Shown here piece by piece: positions 8,921 through 16,990 of a stretch of 64,000 nucleotides of DNA. How positions within the stretch are numbered: the stretch's first letter is position 1; the number at the start of each line of letters is the position of its first letter. The translations under genes and the position numbers were made by a program. The DNA comes from an uncultured Enterobacteriaceae bacterium (lineage in GTDB: Bacteria; Pseudomonadota; Gammaproteobacteria; Eutrophobiales; Eutrophobiaceae): assembly GCA_964479045.1 (NCBI GenBank), contig CAYZJI010000002.1, positions 51,660 to 115,659 on the forward strand. The letters are read 5' to 3'. The notes beneath the pieces were generated by a model, which saw nothing but the letters and a program-made list of their open reading frames with translations, made no database searches and was not told the origin of the DNA.

Positions 8921-9952
8921 ATGAAGATTGTAATTGCGACGGATGCCTGGCATCCGCAGATCAATGGTGTGGTCCGCACCTATGAAAACATTGTGGAAAA
9001 CCTGCAGTTCAGTGGACATCAGGTGTCATTGATTACGCCGCAGGAATTTTTTACCGTTCCCTGTCCGACGTATACCTCTATTCATCTTGCGGTGATGCCG
9101 ACAGGCGGTGTCCGTAATCATCTGCAGGCCTTTGCGCCGGATGCCATTCATATTGCAACGGAGGGTCCCATCGGTCATGCGACACGTGCCTGGTGCCTTA
9201 AACACGATGTTCCGTTTACCACGTCATTCCATACCCGGTTCCCGGAGTATATCCGCATGCGCGTGCCGGTTCCCGTTAAATGGAGCTATGCCTATGTGAG
9301 GAATTTTCACAAGTACGCAAAGCGTACTTTGGCACCGACGCCTACACAGAAGCAGCGGCTGGAAGAATGGGGTTTCACCAATGTTGTGGTCTGGCCACGC
9401 GGCGTGAATACGAAGATATTTTACCCGCATTCACGCGACGTTCTGTACAAAAAAGCGCCGTTATTTGTCTATGCCGGACGTGTTGCAGTCGAAAAAAATA
9501 TAGAAGCGTTTCTGAAACTGGATTTGCCCGGTCAAAAACGTGTCATTGGTGACGGCCCGGACCTGAACAAGCTCAGGCAGAAATATACGGAGGTGGAATT
9601 TACCGGGTTTAAGACCGGCAGGGAACTTGCCGAAGCGATTGCCGAGGGTGATGTATTTGTGTTTCCGAGCCTTACCGATACCTTTGGTATTGTATTACTC
9701 GAAGCCATGGCGTGTGGTTTACCGGTGGCGGCATTCCCGGTAACCGGCCCGATCGATGTCATTGTCAACGGGTTAACCGGTGTGTTGGACCAGGACCTGC
9801 AGCGTGCGGCCCTCTCTGCACTGGAACTTAATCGCTTGGACTGCGTGCAGTTTGCCCGGGGTTATTCATGGGCAAGATGTGCGCAGATGTTTGTGGATTA
9901 TCTGGCACCACCTTGCACGACGTTTCCCGAGGAAACCTGCTCAATCAAATGA
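8921..9952 (+). CDS. Glycosyltransferase, GT1/GT4-family (RfaG-like)
   Basis: 343 aa. Typical N-terminus MKIVIATDAWHPQINGVVRTYENIV and C-terminal GT1 region (VFVFPSLTDTFGIVLLEAMACGLPV). Stop is 5 bp after the LpxH-like gene. Confidence 0.7.
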   Translation: MKIVIATDAWHPQINGVVRTYENIVENLQFSGHQVSLITPQEFFTVPCPTYTSIHLAVMPTGGVRNHLQAFAPDAIHIATEGPIGHATRAWCLKHDVPFTTSFHTRFPEYIRMRVPVPVKWSYAYVRNFHKYAKRTLAPTPTQKQRLEEWGFTNVVVWPRGVNTKIFYPHSRDVLYKKAPLFVYAGRVAVEKNIEAFLKLDLPGQKRVIGDGPDLNKLRQKYTEVEFTGFKTGRELAEAIAEGDVFVFPSLTDTFGIVLLEAMACGLPVAAFPVTGPIDVIVNGLTGVLDQDLQRAALSALELNRLDCVQFARGYSWARCAQMFVDYLAPPCTTFPEETCSIK

Positions 9953-10199
9953 TCTGCTGTATCAAGGTGAGACACGCTGTACTCTTCTGACGCGGTAGTG
10001 GCTCAGTTTTTCATCCCGAACGAATGTGATGGATCCTGATAGTTAAAAAATACAAGATTTCTCAGCCACTTCGTGGCTTCGAAATGACATCCTTTGTATG
10101 AAGAGTTTCAATTTGAGCGACTACCTTAAACGCTAATCATTGGTAATATTCAATAATATCTAATAAAGTATTGATATTCTATGATTAGCAGCCGCATAA

Positions 10200-12272
10200 A
10201 TGACCGATGCTGACAGTATAAAAAGCATACTTATCCTTGATGATGATATGGACTTCAGATTGCTCCTGAAGACCATACTCAGGAAGTATTTTCAGAATGC
10301 GGTATTTCATGAATATGATCCGGTCGCCCTCGGGGCTCCTGCGGAAGACTACGACTGGAGTCCGTATGATGTGCTCATTCTCGATTATTATCTCTGTGTA
10401 CACCGTCTGACCGGCCTCGATCTGTTGCAGAAACACCGCAAACGTCCGGGGTTCCCCGCCGCTATCATGTTGACAGGTGCTGGTACGGAGGAAACCGCCG
10501 TACGCGCCGTAAAATTCGGTGCTTATGAATATCTGCGCAAGGAAAAACTGGACAAGGCCGTGCTGGCGGCGTCCATTCTTGCAGCCTACAATAAACACGC
10601 TGATGAACGGATAAAGCGGGATGAAGCGGAAAAAGCCCGCAGTGTTTTTGACAAATCATCGTTTTACCGGCAACTGGAACAGCCGGCACATGAGGATCCG
10701 GCAACTCCCGCTCGTGTATTTCTGCTGTTTGATATCGACAATTACTCTTCCCTGACAGCATCACTGGGGCCTATCGGCAGTGATAATTTCGGTCGTGATC
10801 TGGCCCGTCTGATCTATGAACATCCTTCGATCAAGCAGGCAAACCCCTGCATTACCCGGCTGGGGGAATCTGCTGTCGGCGTACTGATCGATGCACCAGC
10901 AGATCATTCAGCGCTGGAACAATTTCTGGAAAATCTCTGCAGGTATCTTGCCGAAAAACCTTACCAGCTGTCTGGTAACACTATCCCCTGGACATTCAGC
11001 ATCGGGGCAGTAGAACCACAAGGGGCGTCCACTGTTGAAATGCTGCTCCAACAGGTCAATTCTGCACGCAATCTGGCAAGGGACGTCAGCGGTAATTCGT
11101 TTCATATCTATGCAGAAGGGGATGTAAAGAGTGAAAAACATACAGCCCCTGTACTGGCAACGAAGCCAGGGCCTGTCAGACCCGTCACAGACATTCCGCT
11201 TGAAGATGACGAAGAGGGTTTAGCGGTTGATCAAATTCCGGCGGCCCAGGAAACTGTCCCTGTTGTTCAGGTGGTTCCGGAACCTGTCACGGTTGTCCCT
11301 GCCGGGAAACAGGCACAGCCGGAACCCCTCCCTGCTAAAGTATCCGGATCCGGCAAAGAGACTGTCGCAGTTTCCGGAGACAAAAAATCTGCAGATACAA
11401 TTAAGGCAGCTGTAGATGAAAAAACAGAAGAACATGTACAGGGCCAGACAGGAGAACAGCCTGAAATTTACGAATCGGAACTGGGTGAACACTCTCTCAT
11501 AATAAAAAAAGCTTTTGATGACAATCGGGTCGTACAGACATTCCAGCCGGTCATCGCGATGTTCAGCGGAGGTGCGGGTGATGCGCACGAATTGTTCAAG
11601 GTGGATATCCAGTTAATTGACCTGCATGGAAAAGTGATGAGTGCCACAGAGTTGAGGGCCCATCTGAGTTCGTTGGCACTGCAGAAATTTATTGATCGCT
11701 GGATGTTAAGGCAATTGTTGGGACGGATCGTACATACAGCGAGAAAGGAAAACAGAAAAAGGTACCAGTTGCCGATAACCGAGGCATGGTTTACAGATAT
11801 CACCCTGTTTGACTGGCTGAAGAAACTCCTGGCCGGGCAGGAGGATAACAGGCCCGGCCGCTTTATAGTGCTGGAAATCTCGGCAGGCTTGTTTGCCCGT
11901 TATCAGGAGCGGGTTATGATACTCACCAAGACACTGAGGAAAACCTATGGTTTCAAAACAGCGCTCGGAAGTTTTGTTGACATCAATGAAGCAGTAAAAA
12001 TGGCCAGAATCCTGAAACCGGATCTTTTTGTTCTGGATTACAGCCTGCTATCAATGTTGAAGGGGGTTGCAACACCTGCAGGTAATGATATGAATTTGCT
12101 GAATTCACTCAAGTCAGCCGGGACACAGATCATCATCAGTGGTGTTGAAAGCGCCACAATCCTGACTGAAGTGATCAGCGCCGGTGCTGACTATGTATAT
12201 GGTAATTTTATTGGTGAGCCGCAAATAAATGCTGATGAGGCAAGCAATGTTGAGTCGTTCAGCCTGGGTTGA
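10200..12272 (+). CDS. Response regulator with degenerate GGDEF and EAL domains (FimX-like c-di-GMP receptor/enzyme)
   Basis: N-terminal receiver domain (ILILDDDMDFRL...DVLILDYYL). Central GGDEF-like region with RLGESAV in place of GGDEF. Pro/Val-rich linker. C-terminal EAL-like region (FQPVIAMFSG...ELFKV...DYSLLS) lacking several catalytic residues. Confidence 0.65.
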   Translation: MTDADSIKSILILDDDMDFRLLLKTILRKYFQNAVFHEYDPVALGAPAEDYDWSPYDVLILDYYLCVHRLTGLDLLQKHRKRPGFPAAIMLTGAGTEETAVRAVKFGAYEYLRKEKLDKAVLAASILAAYNKHADERIKRDEAEKARSVFDKSSFYRQLEQPAHEDPATPARVFLLFDIDNYSSLTASLGPIGSDNFGRDLARLIYEHPSIKQANPCITRLGESAVGVLIDAPADHSALEQFLENLCRYLAEKPYQLSGNTIPWTFSIGAVEPQGASTVEMLLQQVNSARNLARDVSGNSFHIYAEGDVKSEKHTAPVLATKPGPVRPVTDIPLEDDEEGLAVDQIPAAQETVPVVQVVPEPVTVVPAGKQAQPEPLPAKVSGSGKETVAVSGDKKSADTIKAAVDEKTEEHVQGQTGEQPEIYESELGEHSLIIKKAFDDNRVVQTFQPVIAMFSGGAGDAHELFKVDIQLIDLHGKVMSATELRAHLSSLALQKFIDRWMLRQLLGRIVHTARKENRKRYQLPITEAWFTDITLFDWLKKLLAGQEDNRPGRFIVLEISAGLFARYQERVMILTKTLRKTYGFKTALGSFVDINEAVKMARILKPDLFVLDYSLLSMLKGVATPAGNDMNLLNSLKSAGTQIIISGVESATILTEVISAGADYVYGNFIGEPQINADEASNVESFSLG

Positions 12273-12320
12273 TTTTTGGGCCGGGTCTGAACAAGGATCT
12301 CTGATGGAGAAGGTGAGAAA

Positions 12321-13910
12321 GTGAAAGCGGGCGCTGACAACAACTACTATATACATTACAACCTGTCCAGGGACCCTTTCCCCGTCACGGCCACCACTGA
12401 AAAAAAATTATTCATAAGCCACGATCTCGGCCAGAAATTACACGAGCTGAAATCGCTGATTCAGGAAAGCGAGAAAATAGTAGCGGTCACTGCACCAGTG
12501 GGTGGGGGCAAAACATCGCTGATTAACCAGATCGAGTTGCTGAAAGCGTCCAACTGGAAAACCAGTATCGTACGCGGCAATTCAAGCACCAGCATTGATC
12601 TGCTGGCCTATAATATTGCACGTCAGGCATCACAGGACAAAACTCCCGATCCAAGACCGCCGGTAAGCCAGGTACATAAATATCTGGAGCAATGTGCAAA
12701 CAACAAGATTATACCGGTGGTGATTGTTGATGATGCGCATATGTTGCCGGACAAGACACTTGAATTTGTCCTGCAGTTGGCCGAGCTCAGATATGGTGAA
12801 TCGCTGTTCCGGATTATTCTGCTGGCAGAGCCGTCAATAGAACGACGCCTTGCTGATCCGAAGTTTGCAGATCTTGTGCATGGGTTGATCGAGAGTATTT
12901 CCCTGCCGCCGGTTTCAAAAGAGAACATCAGGAATTACGTTGAACATAATCTTGCCCGTTATGGAACAATCAGTGAGTACCCGTTTATTGATGAAGACTT
13001 TGATTATATTTATGAACAGTCTGCCGGTTTGCCGAAAGCCATCAACCTGGCTGCCAGACAAATCATGCAGGAGCGCATCAGTAAAGATTCCATGCTCTCA
13101 CCGTATCGCTGGCCGATCATCGGTTTCGGGCTGGCTGCCCTGATCGGGATTGTTGCGTATTTTCTCTATCACAATCCATCCGTGCAGGTTGCCCGGCCAC
13201 AGAAACCGGTTGCTGCTCAAACCGCAGAACCGGAAGCCCGGGAAAAAACAGAGTCCGAAGCCGCCCCGATCACTGAAGCTCCTGTTACAGCAGAGATTGC
13301 TGAGAATGCTCCGGAAGAGATCCATCAGGGAACAATAAGTACGGAGGTTGTACCTACATCAGAAACTCTGCCGGAACCGGTTGTGACAGAAACGATAAGC
13401 GAACCTGTCGAAATTGCTGAACCGGTCAGCGTGGAACAGGAAACGCCTGCATCACCTGTGACCGAAGTTACAGCAGACATTGCAGCAGGGCCAGCACCCG
13501 TTGTTGAACCGGAACCATCACCACCGGCAATTGAACCAGTCTATGACGCTGCCAACATCTTCAAGCTCGATACGGTGCCGGATTATGTGCAGGGCATCAG
13601 GGGCGAGGACTGGCTGAGGCAGCAACCGGCAGGGGCCTATGCACTGCAATTGATCTCGGCCAGTGATCTGGCAAATATAGAGAAATTGCTTGCCGGTCAA
13701 TCCGGTTTTGTGGATCAACTTTCCGGCTATGTGAAATATACGCCTTCCGGGAAACCCCGATATCTGCTCCTGTATGGCCAGTATCCCGACAAGGAAACCG
13801 CCCAGATCGCCATCCAGGGCATGCCGGAACAGTTCCAGTCCGTGAATCCGTGGCCGCGCAGCATTGGCGACGTGGTGCAGGAAATAGACCAGGTCGGCAC
13901 ACGCCGTTAA
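12321..13910 (+). CDS. ExeA/GspA-like AAA ATPase with a TM segment and a C-terminal SPOR (peptidoglycan-binding) domain
   Basis: ExeA-like N-terminus (YNLSRDPF, Walker A APVGGGKTS, Walker B VVIVDDAHML). TM helix WPIIGFGLAALIGIVAYFLY. PEPV-rich linker. SPOR-like C-terminus (YALQLISASDLANIEKLLAG...YLLLYGQYPDKETAQ). Confidence 0.65.
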   Translation: MKAGADNNYYIHYNLSRDPFPVTATTEKKLFISHDLGQKLHELKSLIQESEKIVAVTAPVGGGKTSLINQIELLKASNWKTSIVRGNSSTSIDLLAYNIARQASQDKTPDPRPPVSQVHKYLEQCANNKIIPVVIVDDAHMLPDKTLEFVLQLAELRYGESLFRIILLAEPSIERRLADPKFADLVHGLIESISLPPVSKENIRNYVEHNLARYGTISEYPFIDEDFDYIYEQSAGLPKAINLAARQIMQERISKDSMLSPYRWPIIGFGLAALIGIVAYFLYHNPSVQVARPQKPVAAQTAEPEAREKTESEAAPITEAPVTAEIAENAPEEIHQGTISTEVVPTSETLPEPVVTETISEPVEIAEPVSVEQETPASPVTEVTADIAAGPAPVVEPEPSPPAIEPVYDAANIFKLDTVPDYVQGIRGEDWLRQQPAGAYALQLISASDLANIEKLLAGQSGFVDQLSGYVKYTPSGKPRYLLLYGQYPDKETAQIAIQGMPEQFQSVNPWPRSIGDVVQEIDQVGTRR

Positions 13911-13968
13911 TCCACTGCCGGGTAATTTCCCGGATAATTTCCCCTTAAATTCCCAAACAGCGCAATTC

Positions 13969-13982
13969 TTGATCTGGATCAT
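13969..13982. promoter_or_regulatory. FNR/ANR-type box TTGATctggATCAt upstream of hemN
   Basis: 13 of 14 matches to TTGAT-N4-ATCAA. Centre is about 61 bp upstream of the hemN ATG. hemN is a classic ANR/FNR target. Confidence 0.6.
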
Positions 13983-14036
13983 GTCAGCCTGATCCGGATT
14001 TTGTTAAACAGGCATTATTTGGAAACGAGTCCGATT

Positions 14037-15428
14037 ATGCCTGCTTCCGTTTTACTCGACAGGGAACTCATCAGCCGCTATGCGCGCTCAGGCCCGCGTT
14101 ATACGTCTTATCCAACGGCCGTCCAGTTTCATGACGGGTTCAACTGGGAACATTACGTGCATAACGCGCGTGAAACAAATGAAGACCTGATCCCGGCCGC
14201 ACTGTCATTGTATATCCACCTGCCGTTCTGCAGCCGGGTCTGTTATTACTGTGCCTGCAATAAAATTATCACGCGCAACCGCAATCTTGCCGCCCCTTAT
14301 CTTGCAGATTTGCATGAAGAGATCCGGTTGCAGGGTGAACTTTTCAACAAGGACCGTCTAGTTGAACAATTGCATTGGGGCGGGGGCACACCGACATTCA
14401 TCAGTCCCGCACAGATACGGGAACTGATGCAGGTCATCCGCCGGTATTTCACCCTGAGAGAGGATGACGGAGGAGATTATTCCATTGAGATCGATCCGCG
14501 TGAAGTGGATGAAGAAACCGTTTATCTGTTGCGCGAACTCGGGTTTAACCGGATGAGCATCGGGGTACAGGATTTTGATCCGTATGTACAGGAAGCAGTC
14601 AACCGTATTCAGACTGAAAAACAAACCTTTCAGGTCATGCAATCCGCCCGGAAAGCCGGGTTCAAATCCGTGAACATTGATCTGATTTACGGCTTACCCA
14701 GGCAAACAACCGCAAGTTTTCTCAGAACGCTGGAACTGATTGCCTTGCAACAGCCGGAACGGCTGGCTATCTATAATTATGCACACCTGCCGCACCTGTT
14801 CAAAACGCAGCGGCAGATTCATGCGGAAGAATTGCCGGGACCTGATGAAAAACTGGAAATCTTGCAGGAAACCATCCGCCACCTGCAGGCACAGGGTTAT
14901 ATCTATATCGGCATGGATCATTTTGCCCGTCCGGATGATGAACTCGCAGTTGCACAACGAAACGGTACCTTGCACCGGAATTTCCAGGGCTACACGACTC
15001 ACGCAAATTGTGATCTGATCGGTATGGGGATTACTGCCATCAGCAAGGTGGGGCAGTGTTATGCACAGAACGTACGCGCACTGGATGATTATAAACAGTC
15101 TGTTCAGTCAGGGCGAATACCGATCATGCGTGGTATCAAGCTGGATGATGATGATCTGTTGCGGCGCGAAGTCATTACCCGGCTTATCTGCCATTTTCGG
15201 CTCCGTTACGATGAAATAGAGGAAATTTATCACATCAATTTCCAGGATTATTTTTATAACGAATTAATCCAGCTGCAGGAAATGGAACAGTCCGGCCTGT
15301 TACAACTTGAAAATAACGGCATCACCGTATTGCTGCGAGGCCGGCTGCTAATCCGCAATATCTGCATGATATTTGATAAATACCTGCGTTCCGGCAGTGT
15401 GCAGGGCAATTATTCAAACTTGATTTGA
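14037..15428 (+). CDS. hemN: Oxygen-independent coproporphyrinogen III oxidase (radical SAM)
   Basis: CxxxCxxC in LYIHLPFCSRVCYYCACNK. About 463 aa from the ATG at 14037; the track start at 14001 is a TTG. Confidence 0.85.
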   Translation: MPASVLLDRELISRYARSGPRYTSYPTAVQFHDGFNWEHYVHNARETNEDLIPAALSLYIHLPFCSRVCYYCACNKIITRNRNLAAPYLADLHEEIRLQGELFNKDRLVEQLHWGGGTPTFISPAQIRELMQVIRRYFTLREDDGGDYSIEIDPREVDEETVYLLRELGFNRMSIGVQDFDPYVQEAVNRIQTEKQTFQVMQSARKAGFKSVNIDLIYGLPRQTTASFLRTLELIALQQPERLAIYNYAHLPHLFKTQRQIHAEELPGPDEKLEILQETIRHLQAQGYIYIGMDHFARPDDELAVAQRNGTLHRNFQGYTTHANCDLIGMGITAISKVGQCYAQNVRALDDYKQSVQSGRIPIMRGIKLDDDDLLRREVITRLICHFRLRYDEIEEIYHINFQDYFYNELIQLQEMEQSGLLQLENNGITVLLRGRLLIRNICMIFDKYLRSGSVQGNYSNLI

Positions 15429-15451
15429 TCGCGGTCAGAAATCGATACCGT

Positions 15452-15465
15452 TTGATCTGGATCAA
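15452..15465. promoter_or_regulatory. FNR/ANR-type box TTGATctggATCAA upstream of the PhyH-like dioxygenase gene
   Basis: Perfect TTGAT-N4-ATCAA. Centre is about 67 bp upstream of the ATG at 15526. The core TTGATCTGGATCA is identical to the hemN box. Confidence 0.55.
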
Positions 15466-15525
15466 CTCTCAGGGGAGCGTTTTTTGATAAAAAGCCAATC
15501 ATCATTTCAACCCGATACACGGACC

Positions 15526-16284
15526 ATGCTGACCATTCCTTATCTCACCCCACCACACATTCAAGACTACCAACGTGATGGATTCGTAATTGCCCGTGGC
15601 GCATTTCCAGCAGGTGACATGCGCCAGATAGAATCCTGGACAACGGAACTGGCTTCACGTCCGGAAGAGCCTGGCAAACACTGGGTTTACCATGAAAAGA
15701 GCAAACTCGATCCAGAAGTTGAACTCATAAACAGGATTGAATATATCTCGCCGTTTCATGCCGGATTTGCAGAGCTTGCCGAAGTGCTGAAAAAACCGGT
15801 CGCGCAGTTACTGGGCGAGAACGTTGTGTTATTCAAGGAAAAAATCAATTTCAAGATGCCCGGCGGTGACGGTTTCAAACCGCACCAGGATTCACAGGCC
15901 GGCTGGGAAGATTATGCACAATATTTTATCAGCGTAATGGTGTGTATCGATGAAGCCACTATCGAAAACGGCTGCCTGCAACTGGTGGCCGGTCACCAGA
16001 ACCGGGGTTTGTATCGTGAATGGGAACCGTTAACGGAAGAAGATATGGCAGGCATGGAATTTGTCCATTACCCGACCAGACCGGGCGATGTAGTATTTTT
16101 TGACTGTTATGTGCCTCATGCTTCAGAGCCCAATCTGACCAACAAGATCCGCCGCATGTATTTCGCGACTTACAATCGCTTGTCGGAAGGTAATCATCTT
16201 CAACGTTACTATGCCGACAAGCATAAAAACTTTCCGCCGGACATTGAGCGCGTTCCGGGACGGGAATATGTGTTCCGGGTTTAG
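15526..16284 (+). CDS. Phytanoyl-CoA dioxygenase (PhyH) family Fe(II)/2-oxoglutarate oxygenase
   Basis: Facial-triad HxD (HQDSQAG) and a distal His (YVPHASEPN). Start chosen at the ATG at 15526; the track start at 15484 is a TTG. Confidence 0.6.
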   Translation: MLTIPYLTPPHIQDYQRDGFVIARGAFPAGDMRQIESWTTELASRPEEPGKHWVYHEKSKLDPEVELINRIEYISPFHAGFAELAEVLKKPVAQLLGENVVLFKEKINFKMPGGDGFKPHQDSQAGWEDYAQYFISVMVCIDEATIENGCLQLVAGHQNRGLYREWEPLTEEDMAGMEFVHYPTRPGDVVFFDCYVPHASEPNLTNKIRRMYFATYNRLSEGNHLQRYYADKHKNFPPDIERVPGREYVFRV

Positions 16285-16318
16285 GCGGTTGTGGGTTGTT
16301 TGATATTTTCAGGATGAG

Positions 16319-16990
16319 CTAACTGCATTTTGATTCGCCGCAATTAAGGCAGGTCAGACAGCCGTCCATGAAAATCATGGCCCTGGTCATGCATTTCTTG
16401 CACAGGGTTGCTGTTTCCGGGAATTCGCCTTCCGGTATATTTTCGAGCTTCTCGCGCTTTTCCCGGATCAGTTTTTTCTGGTGAGTATCCGGCTCACTGG
16501 TTTTTAAAAGACCAATCATTTTCAGGTGACTTTCCAGCACATCTCCGATCTCGGCGACCAGTGACGGCATGAACTTGCCGCCTTTTTTGAAATAACCACC
16601 ATGCGGGTCGAACACGGAGCGAAGTTCATCCACGAGGAAGGTCACATCACCGCCCTTGCGGAACACAGCGGAAATGATCCGGGTCAATGCAACGATCCAC
16701 TGGAAATGGTCCATGTTTTTGGAATTGATGAAGATTTCAAACGGGCGCCGCAGTTCATGTGCGGTGCCTTCATTCAGGATAATGTCATTGATGGTGACAT
16801 ACAGTGCATGCTCTGACAGCGGTGTGGTGATCTTGTAGGTCGTGCCATGCAGCATGTGTGGCCGTTCCAGTTTCTCATGCATCTGCACAACATTGGTGGC
16901 AACAGGTAAAGCGGCTTCTTCAGTCTCCTTGACCACGCTGCAATCCACAATTTTCCGGTCAATCTTGATAGTCACCGTAATATTCCTCAA
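16319..16990 (-). CDS. nrdJb: Class II (adenosylcobalamin-dependent) ribonucleotide reductase, small C-terminal subunit NrdJb
   Basis: 223 aa directly downstream of nrdJa with a 4-bp overlap. C-terminal Zn-ribbon CKKCMTRAMIFMDGCLTCLNCGESKCS. The split nrdJa/nrdJb arrangement is the one known from Pseudomonas. Confidence 0.65.
   Translation of the reverse strand: MRNITVTIKIDRKIVDCSVVKETEEAALPVATNVVQMHEKLERPHMLHGTTYKITTPLSEHALYVTINDIILNEGTAHELRRPFEIFINSKNMDHFQWIVALTRIISAVFRKGGDVTFLVDELRSVFDPHGGYFKKGGKFMPSLVAEIGDVLESHLKMIGLLKTSEPDTHQKKLIREKREKLENIPEGEFPETATLCKKCMTRAMIFMDGCLTCLNCGESKCS

Noticed and set aside
10060-10090. UUCG-tetraloop hairpin (AGCCAC-TTCG-TGGCT) upstream of the REC-GGDEF-EAL gene
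   Set aside because: The stem is only 6 bp and has no T-tract. It is probably chance, or a minor mRNA-stability element, and is not worth a feature call.
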